In this document: piece after piece, positions 12,039 through 25,071 of the stretch
Position numbering within the stretch: the first letter of the stretch is position 1
How the letters are laid out: each line of letters opens with the position of its first letter
Assembly: GCF_004010195.1 (NCBI RefSeq)
Contig: NC_057749.1
Location: 18,882,929-18,939,591 of the forward strand
DNA: 56,663 nt
Direction of reading: 5' to 3'
Source of the DNA: Chiloscyllium plagiosum
Lineage: Eukaryota
The notes under the pieces: model-generated
What the model was told of the DNA's origin: nothing
Databases searched by the model: none
The model's input: the letters and a program-made list of their open reading frames with translations, nothing else
Program-made: the position numbers and the translations under genes

Positions 12039-12990
12039 ATGAATGAATGATTATATTGCCACGTGTATTTTATGTGAGAAAGCTTTTCCACAGTTGCCAT
12101 GATTGGGCACCATTTTGAATAGTTTTAAGAATAAGAAAGAAAGGATAAAGAGCTTGAAAAGAGTCCATCAGCCCAGCATGGAGGAGCCCTTACCTTTCTG
12201 GGATGAGCACAGGACCCCAGTAACAGCAGCTGCTACGTCAGTGGAGGTGATGTCGGTGAGATAGGCCCAGTGACAACAAATGGTGCCTGAAGATCAGTGA
12301 GTTTGTTAGTTGGATCTGGTGGTGAAGTTGTGGCGGAAGACATCACGGTGACATTGTGGTGAGCAGTGGTGAGAGGCATGACTCCATTAGTGGGTGTGGC
12401 CCAGGCAGTGGTGAGGTGGTGGAGGAGGTGATTTGGCCCTGCGGCAAAAGATGGCCCCTGAGGATTAGCGACTTCAGCATTAGCTGTGGCCAGCGTAGAC
12501 GGCAGCCGTGCCGTGGTGGTTCTGAGCCGGTTCAGAACTGAAATGTAGATGGAGTTTTCTTTAAGCTGCCTCTTTTCATTTTTCTCTTATTCTTAAAACT
12601 ATCAAAATGGTGCCGTATCGTGATGACAAATGACAGTTGTACGATGTGTTTTGTTGTATTTCACTGTAAAATACGCATGTCAATACGATCATTCATAATC
12701 AATGATGCCTGTATCACCATTATTCCTCCTCCTCCTTCCTTTCTGCCCTCTACCCCAGGTCCAATTAATGTTGAAGTTGCCACTCTTCAGGCACCACCTT
12801 GTGTCACTGGGTCGGTTCTCCTACGCCACCTGCACTGGACCCACCAATGTCACAGTTGCATTTCTCAGTACTGGGCCCATCTCATTGATGATTCCAGCTC
12901 AGGTCCCATGCTCGTCCTGGAAAATGAGCCCACAAGTCGCCACAACAAGGTCAACATTGGGCCCACTTGCTGCTGCTGATGCTCTCTATG
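12039..12990. mobile_element. Unclassified retroposon: plus-strand copy nested in a minus-strand copy of the same family
   Basis: 12043-12170 is an imperfect reverse complement of 12549-12698, and 12781-12930 of about 12186-12300. Both copies end in (ATTC)n-like tails. Confidence 0.6.
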
Positions 12991-13039
12991 CTTAGGATGA
13001 GGTAGGTAAAGAAAAGGATAAGAAAAGTGGTCAAGACAC

Positions 13040-13410
13040 CGGTACAGTTACAACATTTAAGACATTTGGATAGCTACATAAATAGACAAGGTTTAGAGGG
13101 ATATGGAGCAGGCATAGGCAAGTGGGACTAGTTTAGTCTGGGAAACTTGATTGGCATGGACAAGTTGGATCAAAGGGTCTGTTTCTGTGTTGTATGACTG
13201 ACTCTATGAAAAGTCCTAATGGACACAAAATATTAAACCTATTTTTCTCTTCACAGATGCTGCCAGACCTGCTGAGTTTCTCTAGTTTTTCCTGCATTTG
13301 CAAAGGAAGTACAATTACATTTAAAAGGCAACTGGAGAGTATATGAATAGAAGAGTTGCTAGGCATATGAGTTGGATTGAAGGGTCTGTTTCTGTGCTGT
13401 ATGATTCTAT
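13040..13410 (+). mobile_element. CR1/HER1 3' tail fragments interleaved with an old PLE pLTR remnant
   Basis: Two gaagggtctgtttctgtgctgtatga-like tails, with cagatgctgccagacctgctgagtt between them. Confidence 0.7.
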
Positions 13411-13584
13411 GGGCCCTGGCACAGGAGCCTTACTCCACCTCCCTCTTGATGATGTCAATTTCCTCTCTCAGATGCTGCCATACCTGATGAGTTTTCTAGT
13501 AATTTGTTGTTATTGCACATTTCCAGAGTTCACTATATTGGGCTTTTAAAGAAAAATTGGTCATATTCTTGCTTTTTTTTAACA

Positions 13585-14385
13585 GAATAAACATTGGAAC
13601 AGGAGTGGGCTATTCAGCCTCTTGAGCATGTTCATTCATTCAATACAATTGTGGCTGATTGAACACTTCAGTGCCTTTTACCCACACTATCCCCATAACA
13701 CTCTATCCCTTTGGTCAACAGAAATCTACTCAAAGACTAAGCTTCTACAGTCCTTTCTAAGTAGTCAATTTCAAAGATTTACAAACTTTCCAGTTAAAAA
13801 TTTCCCTTCGCCTCCGTCTTAACTGGTATCCCCTTATTCTTATCCCCCGATTCTGGACTCCCCAGCCAAGGGAAACAACTTAGCTGCATCTCGTCTGATT
13901 TTGCCTTTGAGCATTTTGTTGGTTTCAATGAGATCACCTCTCATTCTTTAAAACTGTAGGGAATACTGGTCCAGTTTGCTCAATCTCTTTTCCTGGGACC
14001 ATTCCACAACCCACTAACAATTCTGGTGAATCTTTGTTTTACTTTCTGTATGGCAATTATATTCTTTCTGAGATACGGAAACCAAAAGTATACATAGTGC
14101 TCCTCAGCTTCCATGCAATTACTACAAGGTGTCAGTCCTCTGTACTGAAATCATTTTGTGATAAAGGCTAATATTCTACAAGCCTTCCTAATTGCTTGCT
14201 GCACCTGCATGTTAGCCTTCAGTGACTTACTGACAGGGATACCCAGGTTCCTTTGTGCATTTACACTTTTCAATGTTTTGGTGTCTAAGAAATATTCTTA
14301 CCAAAGTGGATAACCTTACATGTTTCATTATGTTCAATTTGCTATGCTCTTGCTCACTCATTAAGCCTGCCTAAATGCTCCTGGT
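13585..14385 (-). mobile_element. Older CR1 LINE 3' fragment
   Basis: Reverse complement resembles the CR1 subfamily at 39025-40265. Confidence 0.75.
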
Positions 14386-15024
14386 GTCACTTTATGTTTT
14401 CCTTTACATTGTCCTCACAACATTCCTGCTCAGTTTTATTTTTATCATCCAACTGTAAGCCGGGGAAGACAAAATGCATGGGAAAGTTTAAGGGAGAACT
14501 GTGCTTGAGGTTGTATGTGAGGAAGGTTTTTATTCTCTGTTCCCGTGTTTTCCTCTGTATCCACTTAGGCCAGAGCAGCAGCAAACGATTTTGTTTTGTG
14601 TGGAGGTGACTTTTCCCATGTAGCTCTGTTAGCCAGTGTGGGTCCACTCTTGAAATGTATTTGAAAAGCAGCAGGCTATCTCACCTGGCCATTCTACACA
14701 CCACAGAAATGGAGATGCACAGTTGATCTTTCTTGTGCTTAACAAAGAGAAAGCTCAGTTCATTTTGGTTACTTTATGAAGAATAATAGATTCCATGGAC
14801 GTGATGACTGCTATGTATGTGTATCTCCAGGGCTTTTTGCTTTTGTCTTTCAGATCCATGGGAGTGAAAGTATTTTTAGCAGCAGGAATACATTCTATTA
14901 CAGTTGATAATTGGATGAATGATAATGGATCTTGTGAATTTAATTCATGGGTGGTTATTGGAAAATTAGCTAATGTAATGTAATTAGAATTTTGTATAAA
15001 ATCAAGAAGCCTAATGTTCCAGAT

Positions 15025-15225
15025 GGGACTTTGGTTTAATGGCTCCTCTGAAAGATGGCATCTCTGACAGAGTAGAGCTCCCTCAGAAACTGCATCGGGT
15101 ATGTCAGCCTATATATTCAAGTTGCACTTAATAAAATGTTGTGTGATTAATAGATGAATAGGAGAGTGACACAATTTTGGGACTTAGAACATCAGAGTTT
15201 TTCTGAGTGCAAGCTGAGGACTGAT
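15025..15225 (-). mobile_element. DeuSINE (SacSINE1/AmnSINE1-like) remnant
   Basis: ggtttaatggctcctctgaaagatggcatctctgacagagtagagctccctcag...gtcagcct resembles the reverse complement of the recalled Deu domain. Confidence 0.55.
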
Positions 15226-15294
15226 GTACAAAACTACAATCTGGCAGGGGAATGTGATCAAAGTGTGACAAGTTGACTTTGACAGATTTCATCC

Positions 15295-15892
15295 ATATTT
15301 CATTCTTGTCCATGGGATATGGGCGTGGCGAGCAGTGTCAGCATTTGTGCTATGACTAATTTTACTTTACATGGTAAGCTGCCTTTTTGAAGCAGTTCAT
15401 GTGGTATTCGAGAATTGGTATTGCTATCAGGATATTGACCTAGTGACATTGAAAGAGCAGCAACATAGTTCCAAGTCAGGATGATGCGTGGTATTGAAGG
15501 AAACTTGCAGGTGGTGGTTTCCCATCCATCTGCACTTGCCCTGCTAAGTGGTCAAGGTTGTGGGTTTGGAATGGGCTGTCAAAGGAGCCTTTGGAGGTTT
15601 TGTGCTGCTTCTTGGAGTGATACATAAAACTCAGACTGTGTCATTGGTAGAAGAAGTGAATGTTGAAGGTGTTGGGTGGAGTGCCAAAGCGGGCTGTTTT
15701 ACATGGCGTCAAGCTCTTGAGTATTGTTAGAACTGTGGGTTGTAGGGTGGAGTGTGCAAGGTGGGCTGTATTCCATCACACTCCTGAATTGTGCCTTCCA
15801 GATAATGGATAGGCTTTGGAAGTTGGGAAGTGAGTTACTCACCTTATACTCCCTAGATTCTGATCTGCTTTTGTAGCCCCAGTACATAGCCA
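15295..15892 (-). mobile_element. Old LINE 3' fragment (CR1/L2 group)
   Basis: Minus-strand remnant IWKAQFRSVMEYSP. Similar 3' ends occur near 19460-19750 (+) and 37790-38060 (-). Confidence 0.6.
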
Positions 15893-15979
15893 AATCAAAT
15901 CCATCTCCATTAAACCCATTGTTTGCAACACAGTAAACTTAAAACATTCAGTTAACTTCAAAATTGACCATAATGATTC

Positions 15980-16120
15980 CTAGTCGAGGAATCCTGACGA
16001 AGGGCTTATGCCTGAAACATCGATTCTCCTGCTGCTCAGATGCTGCCTGACTGGCTGTGTTTTTCCAGCACCATGCTCTTCGACTCTGATCTCCAGCATA
16101 TGCAGGCCTCGCTTTCACCT
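15980..16120 (+). mobile_element. Short solo PLE pLTR unit (family A) with hammerhead motif
   Basis: gaatc-CTGACGA-A-GGGC ttat GCCT-GAAA-ca-TC-gattc at 15989-16026, with a perfect 5-bp helix I. About 18-bp degenerate TSD (15962-79 / 16121-38). Confidence 0.8.
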
Positions 16121-18334
16121 AATTGATCATAACGGTTCTTGACCAAAATTTGTGATTAATCAATATGACCCAGGTTTATAGCTTCAACAAAATATATAAT
16201 TTTTTAGTAGCTTTAGCAGAACAAAGTTAAGCAACAAGGTAATGTAATTAACGTCTGCGATTTAAACAGACGTTAGATTTTAGATTTTAGATCCCTCCCA
16301 AACTCTCATAAATTTCAGACAGGCACAGTTAAATCAAAACAAAAAATGAACTGAGACACTGACGCTATAATCCATAATCTCGCAGGCAAATTGGATTGCA
16401 TTTTGCTTGGTCAGACAATTATACATGCAAGTAGCTTCCAGTAGATTTGGCGGAATATTCACTTAACACTTGTAACTGCGATTCTATTCTCCTAACTTCC
16501 AATAAAATGATAATGAGAGGATAATCTGAGAGCAATCAAACCTCAATCCTGAAGTTTTGCAGGCCACAATCCTTCTGATTTAAACATCGTTCAAAAACCA
16601 GTTCAGACTTTGGTTTCTCTTTTACAGAGCTTTAGTCGTCTCCCTTTGAGGCCCAGTTAAAATTCAGCATCTGCCATCTATTTAAGTGGAATGCATGTCT
16701 GAAATCGAAATGTCTAGAGCATTCTTTGAATAAGAACAAACTTGTAATTAACTTCTAGGCCTGATCTCATGCAAATATTAGTTTGTTTGCTTTTCTCTTT
16801 TATTTTAAAACAAGTTGTTGCTCACAGTCCAAAGGTCACTTTAAGCTCTCAGTTCGCAGTTTGGACTGCCAAATCAAAAATGCTTTTTAAAAAAATGAAG
16901 ATCTCAACACGAGTCCAGTTCAGTTTCTGGTCAATGGTAATCTACAGAATGTTTCTTGGAAACTCAAAAAAAAATTCATGTAGGCACAGGAATTTATAAT
17001 TTTTTGATCACATTTCACACATAATATCTTAAAATGTTTTATCATACACCTTGCATTTATTGTTTGTAAAAGTATCACTGAAGCATGAGTAACAAATTAT
17101 GCTGAACGGTTGGGTCGTGTATTGGTGAAGCATGGGCACAATATATCAATAAGCCTTTATTGGCAAATTACTAATGTAAAGGGAAATGAGGGGCATTCCA
17201 TGTTCTTCAACGAGCAAAACCTTTTCACATTGGTAAGCTAATCAGATTCCACAATATGTTTTTGAAAATCCTTTTGGAGATTATTTTCTTCATTAATAGG
17301 GTCATTTGCTTAAAGAAAAGCTTATAACGTAACAGTTAAACACTGAAAAATACATAAAATACTTAAATTCACCTTTCTGCAACCTTTGAGTAAACTGCCT
17401 TTTGTATATATGATGTTTTGGACAGACAAGGTTCCAAACAAGTACTTTTGGCTGAATAGTAAGCAATTGGTTGTTCACCTTTATGTTACAAGCTCCCAAA
17501 CATTTTTAGCTGACCTAATGATAAGTTAACACACTTGATGCGATTGTTGATGGGTTCTCTCCTCATTTCAGTGGAAGGTTCCCCTCTTCAAAAATAAAGA
17601 CAAATTTATTGTCTAGGTTGATGTTGTCTCGTGTGAAGTTAGGCCAAGTCTCAGTTTGTATAACTAATTGCAAAGTCTCCTTATGAAGTTTGTGTTAGAG
17701 GGATGGATGGGGGCATTGGTCTTGTGCTGTCCTCACTTGCCCTGACATACTCGACTTGGTTCTTGAATGCACAAATCGTTTGATGATTACTCAGTGTCCA
17801 CTTCCTGCTTTCCATATCTGGAGGGACCTGTACCCTGAGTCATTCTCCAGGTGAGTTATTGTTAGAAGGGATGAAGACCCTGAAAAGGTTTTTTTCTTGT
17901 TGTATACGGTCATGAAGCTTTCCCTCAGAGAGCCTGAGCAGTAACTCAATGTGTATAGGTATGTTTAAGTTGTCTTTTATTTAGCAAATACAGCATTCAT
18001 ATAAAAAGAGAAACTTCAAAATGTTGACATTGTGAATTTTCCTCTTACAACAGTTACATTTCCTTTTTTGCAATGTGAGTGCTATAAGGAAAACGAAGAT
18101 GAAATTATGAATCTGTTCTGTATTTCTCATTTTTCAGTATATAACGCTAAGCCTAAACACTGGAACAGCCTGTCTATTTAGTACAGAAATATTGTAAGCA
18201 AACATTGTACTTTGCATTTGTCGCCATGAAAAACACAGAACATAACCAGTATTGAAATATTAATATTTAAGCTGTGCTCCAGAGAATAATTGGAGCGGTT
18301 ATCTGGTTTGGAACAGAAAATGCTGGAAATCGGC

Positions 18335-18430
18335 AAGGCGAGGAGGAAAGTCTCGAATCCACCTCTGTCTGAACAGGAATTGAACTCATGCTTTTGATGT
18401 TAATCTGATCTATCTAACTGAGCTAACTAA
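18335..18430 (-). mobile_element. tRNA-derived SINE head remnant
   Basis: Minus strand reads agttagctcagttag...gagttcaattcc (A/B boxes). Confidence 0.45.
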
Positions 18431-18684
18431 TCCCTTGGTTTATGTAATATAGGTAAGATAAGCACAGATTTTCCTTTTATTTGAGTAATGTTTTCCTGAT
18501 TTTAAAGTAGTAAAGATTTATGAAGCTACTATTGTAGCAGAATAATTATGATCAAATTTAGCTGACACGTGCTTATTAGAGAGAAATGGATGGTCAAATC
18601 CATGTACTGCGAACTTGCCAATTGTGGACTCACATGGGTTGTGAGGCTTCCTTCATTGAAGAGCATGACCCAATGAAATTTTAA

Positions 18685-19020
18685 TTTTATTTGTTCAGAG
18701 ACGTGACTGACAAGTCTCCTATCCCTAATTGCCCTTGAACTGAGCTGCTTGCTAGACTATTTCAGAATGCAGTTCAAAGTTTCAGCCACCTTGCTGTGTG
18801 TGTGGAGTTGCATGTAAGCTAAATCTGGAAAGGGCATTAATGAACCTCACGTTATTTTAAGATGAGCAATGTTTCGTTCTCATCATCACAGAGAGTGGCT
18901 TTATACCATTGATGCATTAATTGAATGTAAACTCCCAACAACTGCCATAGTGGGGTTTGAACCATTCTCTGGAGCTCTGGCTTACTGGTCTAGTGATGGA
19001 GGCCTCACCCCACTACTATT
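18685..19020 (-). mobile_element. Old tRNA-derived SINE (same family as 5993-6325)
   Basis: Reverse-complement similarity along the head, core and tail. Confidence 0.55.
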
Positions 19021-21455
19021 TTCTCTGTGATTAATTGAAAGTTTGAATAATCTTGAAAAGTTCCCTCACTTGTTAGGCTAAAGGACCTAATGAATAAATT
19101 GATTTAACTGTATTACTAATACCAGTGTACCCAGTTAAGAGAACAGATGATGCAACCAATGTTTGTTACTTCCAGTAATTGATTCAGTGACATTTTGTAA
19201 CTTCTGCAATTTTTTTATTTAAATAGGATATCATTATGTAGAGATTTGCAACTTGTCTGTATAGTACCAACCAAAATTGCATCTGATTTAGGAGTGAAAA
19301 GGAGGATTTGCCACACCAGAGTTGGAGATGGTGATTGTTATGCTCTATATTAATGCTTGTTTTCTCCAAATTATTTTAATGTAAGAATTGCATATCGTTA
19401 AAGTCATTAGGGCATCCTGGATGCAACAATGTGTGCCAGTTATAAGATGCATTGCAGCAGTTTGACAATACTCTTCAAACAGCACATTCCAAACCCACAG
19501 CTTTCACCGTAAAAGAGTAATGGGGTTTTGCTCTAAGCCATTCCTGACCTGGCAATATGTCATCATTCCTTCACTGTTGCTGGATCAAAATTCTTGAACA
19601 TTCACCCTAACACACTGTGGGTATATTAACATTACTTGGACTGCAGCAATTCAAGAAGGTGGCTTATTGCTTCTTGAGGGCAGTTGGGGCAAGGTAATGA
19701 ATTGTGACTGTAATATATAGGCCACATTTCATGACTGCAGAAATAAAAATTGTATATTTGTAGAAACAATGTGATATTTGTGTTGGGGATCACTGCTGTT
19801 TCAGTTGCTACCTCTGATTCCATGTCTTGTATGTGTTTGAAAATGCGTTACCAGTTGATCCTTACCTGCTGAAAGAAACTAGTCAATGGGTTGTACATGA
19901 TTTCTAGCTATTTTGAAGTTCCATCTCCTATATGCTGCCAGAAGAGTTGGGATAGTACCCTCACAGAAATGATCTGGATAATGACTTTGTTATGAAAAGC
20001 AGCTTGAGACGAAATATACTTGTGTGAGAAGATTTACAAACAGTTTTGTGCAGTGTTAAGTGGTCTCACATGGTGCAGGATTTTGGATGATATTGCTGAC
20101 CGGAGTGGTTGAGATGGGAGATGGCTGTGTGATATATCCCAAGATTGAATTGGCCACTGCCACTTACTGTATGGGTGAGGTGTTGAACCTGTATCTGCTG
20201 AGCGGCTGTGAACTGAATAGAAATCAGTCATTTCAAGCAGAATCTCACCTGATTCAGATGTGATGGAATATATTAGTCAGATAAATCGCACTTCCACTTG
20301 CAACTGCAGTTGTACTTCATAGTCATACCTCTGCAAGGGAGAGCTGGAGCTGGTGGAAAGTAAAAACAGAAATGAGAGCAACAGGAATAGAACATTTTGC
20401 CGAACAAGCTCATCTTTTTTTTTAAAGCAACAAATGGTAGATAGAAACTCTGTGGGGATTTAAGGACCATGGGTGCCAACAGCGTGAGTAGTTTCTTCAA
20501 TGCTGACAAAATGATCCATGTCCCTAACATACAAGCACTCACTCCACTGGGAGCCATAGAGGGGAGCTCATTAGAATAAGCATAAAGTTGGTGCTCATTG
20601 GGAGAACATTCTGAAAAGCTCTCAACTGCCACTCCGTTTTAAATGCCTTCAGCTTATTCCTCAGAAGATCTTCTAGCCCACTCTCACCACCATACCTGGT
20701 TCTGAGCAAAGTTGAAAAAGTCTGGAAAAATACCAAATTATCTGGAACAGATGAAATCCCTGCTGAAATTCTGATACACGTGTGATACAGCTGCACAAAT
20801 TCATATCCCTCATCTGGAAAGAAAGGTGCATGATGGGGGAATCTAGGGATGCTGCGATTATGACTATTCAAGAAAAGCGAAACTAGTCCAATTATAATAA
20901 TTAGAGGAGTCTCCCTACTCTGAAAAGACCATTGAAAAGATCCTCTTGGATTGTCTGCTAGTATTGGAAGACTTCCAGAATGTCAGCCTGTTTTGTGCAT
21001 GGAAGAGCACCACATAATGATTTTCACTGTAAGCCAAGTCCCCAAGCAAAATATGTGGAACAGCAGCAATTGCTGTATCTGACCTTTGCCAACCTCACAA
21101 AAGCCATTCACTATGACAATCGTGAAGATCGATGGAGTATCCTCCTCAAATTTGGATGTCTTCATTAATTTGTCATCTTCACCATCTGTCTACTCCATGG
21201 TGACATATAAGTTGTAATTCTCACAGATCCTATCTTAGTGATGTTTGGAGTCAAACAAGGCTATGTCATCACACTGACTCTCTTCTCAACCTTCCTTGCT
21301 GCAATTCTGCATCTCACCTCCAGCAGACTACCTATCAGCGTGAAATCATCTATGGAACAAATGTGAAACTGTTAACTTACACTACTTTCAATCCAAAACC
21401 AAAATTGCTCCAATTTCAGTTATTAACCTCCAGTATGCAGATAATAAGTATCTGC

Positions 21456-22130
21456 AGCTGAAAATGTGTTGCTGGAAAAGCACAGCAGGTCAGGCAGCAT
21501 CCAAGGAACAGGAGAATCAACGTTTCGGGCATGAGCCCTTCTTCAGGAATGAGGAAAGTTTGTCTAGCAGGCTAAGATAAAACGTAGGGAGGAGGGACTT
21601 GTTGTGTTGCTATGGTCTGGCGATGGAGGAGTCCAAGGACCTGCATGTCCTTGGTGGAGTGGGAGGGGGAGTTGAAGTGAGCCACGGGGTGGTTGGGTTG
21701 GTTGGTCCGGGTGTCCCAGAGGTGTTCTCTGAAACATTCCGCAAGTAGGCGGCCTGTCTCCCCAATATAGAGGAGGCCACATCTGGTGCAGCGGATGCAA
21801 TAAATGATGTGTGTGGAGGTGCAGGTGAATTTGTGGCGGATATGGAAGGATCCCTTGGGGCCTTGGAAGGTAAGGGGGGAGGTGTGGGCGCAAGTTTTGC
21901 ATTTCTTGCGGTTGCAGGGGAAGGTGCCGGGAGTGGAGGTTGGGTTGGTGGGGGGTGTGGACCTGACGAGGGAGTCACGGAGGGAGTGGTCTTTTCGGAA
22001 CGCTGATAGGGGAGGGAAATATATCCCTGGTGGTGGGGTCCGTTTGGAGGGGCAGAAATGACGACGGATGATACGATGTATATGGAGGTTGGTGGGGTGG
22101 TATTTGAGGACCAGTGGGGTTCTGTCCTGG
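21456..22130 (-). mobile_element. 5'-truncated Penelope-like element (GIY-YIG plus pLTR)
   Basis: Homologous to 29831-30370. Minus-strand hammerhead core CTGAAGA-A-GGGC tcat GCCC-GAAA-CG-TT at about 21514-21550. A gtatctg direct repeat flanks it. Confidence 0.9.
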
Positions 22131-22162
22131 TATCTGTATGCTCATTCAGAAACTGAACTCTG

Positions 22163-23030
22163 AGTTATAGTCGTACAACACGGGAATGGACCCTTTGGTC
22201 CAAATCGTCCATTCCGACCAAGTTTCCTAAACTAAACTATTCCCATTTGCCTGCATTGTCTCTTCATGAACTTGTTCAAATGTCTTTCAAATGTTGTAAC
22301 TGTATTTGAATCTACCACTTCCTCTTGCAGGTCATTCCACATGGTGGCTCAGTGGTTAGCTCTGCTGCCTCATAGGGTCTGCCTCGGGGGACTGTCTGTG
22401 TGGAGTTTGCACGTTTTTCCTGTGTCTGTGTGGGTTTCCTCCGGGTATTCTAGTTTCCCTCGGCGGTCTGAGGATGTGCAGGTTAGGTGAACTGGTCATG
22501 CTAAATTGCCCATAGTGTTCAGGGATGTGTAGGTTAGGTGCATTAGTCAGTGTAAATGTTGAGTAATAGGGCAGAGGAATGAGTCTGGATAGGATACTCT
22601 TCGGAGGGTTGGTGTGGGTTTGTTGGGCCAAATGGCCTGTTTCCACACTTCTATACGAATTATCCTCTATGTGGAAAATGTTGCCCCTCTGGTCCCTTTT
22701 AAATCTTTCTCCTCTCACCTTAACATTATGCCCTCTAATTTTGAATTCCCCATTCCTATGGAAATTGCCTTTACTATTCGCCTTATCTATACCCCTCATC
22801 ATTTTATAAATCTACGCAAGATCACCCCTCAATTCCTATAACCCAGTGAGAAAAGTCCCAGCCTATCTGCCCTTTCCTTATAACTCAAGCCCCCCAGTCC
22901 TGGTAGCATCCTTCATCAATCTTGTCTGCATCCTCTCCAATGTTATGATATCCTTTCTATAGCAGACTAACCAGAACAGTACACATATTCCGAAAGTGGC
23001 CTCACTAATGTCCTGTACCACCGCAATATA
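22163..23030 (-). mobile_element. CR1/HER1 LINE 3' fragment
   Basis: Minus ORF remnant RGHNVKVRGERFKRDQRGN; interrupted by an HE1 SINE. Confidence 0.88.
22343..22650 (+). mobile_element. HE1-type SINE inserted in CR1
   Basis: ggtggctcagtggttagc head, HE1 core and tail. Confidence 0.88.
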
Positions 23031-23892
23031 TTGTTGACTTCTCTGAAACATATGAAACAAAGGGACATTCACTAAACAGGAAACCTAAGATACTCTTGCA
23101 ACTCCACAGAACAATACCTCTCCCAATCAATTAGAGATTGATCATCTGCAGGATCTTGGAAAACATGGATTGTTTTCCTTGTCGGGTTTCTTCTTGATGA
23201 AGGCAAACTAGAAAATTAATTCATTATTCTCCAATATGCTTGCTTGTTATTCAGGAGACTGAAGTAGAATATTTGAGGACCAGGAATTCAATGCCAGAAT
23301 AATGCCTTTGTTTAAAAACTGAAAGAACTGCAGATGCTGTAAATCAGACAAAAATAGAAATTGCTGAAAAAGCTCAGCAGGTCTGGCAGCATCTGTGAAA
23401 AGAAATCAGAGTTAAAGTTTCAGGTCCTGTGATGCTTCCTCATACTTTTGTTTACTGGATAGCAGTGATCTCTGAGCTCCCTACATGCTTCAGAAAAATA
23501 GATGAAGTACAGCTTAAAGCATGGGAGATCTGCCACCAGCAGTGCCTTTGCATGATCCTCTAAATGTGGTGGCAAGAAAGGTGGTCCAATAGCAGAATGC
23601 TCTACCAAGCCAGCATCAAGATGCTAAACACACAAAACCAGCTCCCCATGTCTTTCATATGCCTGACACCAGACTCCAGAAGCAGCTGCTCCATCCAGGA
23701 TTTGATCACTGCAGAAACTTTCTAGGAAGGCAAATACCCCTGACAGTGCATACGACTTCCAGCCTTGTGACCAACTAAAATGGAAAAGCTTCACTCAGGA
23801 ATGCATCGTAACACATCAGACTTTGTCAGGAACACTGGAGTTGAAGTCCAGGCCTTGGAGTGAGTGCACAAACCTCCAAATGACTGACTGAT

Positions 23893-24617
23893 TGTTTTGA
23901 AGGTGTTGGCGTACTGTACTTGTAAGAGAGTTAAAAGCAACAGAACTATCTTACAGAATCAAGTGTTCTGAAAAAAATATAATGTAACATTTGGTCGAAC
24001 CACTTACTTATATTGGCTGGTTGTCTGGAAACGACAAAGCATAGTTTCGAATTAGGCCAATCAGTTTAAATTATACCCCAAAAAATACCAAACTCCAAGC
24101 CAGTTTGAATTTAGTATATTAATAATCTTAAAAGCCAATTACACAATCTGATGCCTTGGGGGGGGTGGGGGGATAAGACTGGTGAAAATTAAACAATTGA
24201 GAGGAGAATTGCTAAGCTACCAGCATGTAAAGACTGTCTGAAAAATAGCTTTCTTAAAGGTACCTTTATTGATCAGTAACCTGTGAAGCAGAATCCTCCA
24301 GGGCAAGCAAAGAATAACGGAATACATAGAAAACTGAAAGCTGCCTGGCTTTGAGATAAGAAGTTTTGTTTTGTAAATCTTAATAGAGTTTTATATTAGA
24401 CTAGTATTATAGAAGGGAAGGTAAAATATAAATTGGAGGAAGGAGTTGTAAATAGTTGTTGGTTAATTATTCTCTGTTATACTTTAAGAAATAATGTTGT
24501 TAATTTTTACTTTAAATAGTTCTTGGCCCCTCGCATTTTTACAGATTATTGCACGGGCAAATTTTTTCTGTGTTGCTGCTTTAAATTAAGCAGGAGAATT
24601 TATCCCGTGTCGTAACA
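23893..24617 (+). mobile_element. Solo LTR (same family as 3220-3972)
   Basis: TGTTTTGA...TCGTAACA termini with flanking direct repeat CTGAT (23888-92 / 24618-22). Interrupts the RTE 3' end. Confidence 0.8.
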
Positions 24618-25071
24618 CTGATCTACCCAACGCTTCTACCACTGCCTACCCAGCATGTGGCAGATTGAGCATTGGACTTATCAGTCCAAGAACCAATTGA
24701 ACTAGAATGGAAGAAACATATTTTCAATCTCGAAGAGCTGCCTAAGGTTGAGTGTTCCCACTTTATTGTTGCCTGTAAACAAAACCTTATGGCTAGTGTA
24801 CGTTAGTTGTGTAGGAATATAAGTTTGCCATTGTGTAAATTAATTGAGATCATTGTTTGATTGCCAAAGTTAGTCAGAGCTCATTTTGTCAAACCCAAAA
24901 GACTTTGACTCAGGACAACCTAGAAACGCTCCACATAGACAGCCATTAGGTTAATTTTTATGTTCTGGTCTATTGTGATTGAAATAATTAAAATTACTTG
25001 ATATTGAGAAACTGGAAGTAGGGGTGAATTTATGCAACATCCTGGGCTTATTCAGTGTACTTTGTTTTATA

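Larger units (their letters stand above)
20150..24748 (+). mobile_element. Decayed RTE-clade LINE split by nested insertions
   Basis: EQQQLLYLTFANLTKAIHYDNREDRWSILLKFGC, ggagtcaaacaaggc (GVKQG), and ctccagtatgcagataat (LQYAD) near 21430. Collinear pieces resume at about 22131, 23040 and 24618 (C-terminal CGR..IGL.S zinc-finger-like remnant). Confidence 0.78.

Noticed and set aside
15895..17050. Possible further LTR-like elements (also about 3980-4790 and 46680-47202)
   Set aside because: Composition is suggestive, but I found no convincing termini, TSD or second copy.
21564..22061. Pro/Gly-rich ORFs resembling host proteins (also 29831-30510)
   Set aside because: Alternative frames of C-rich Penelope sequence.
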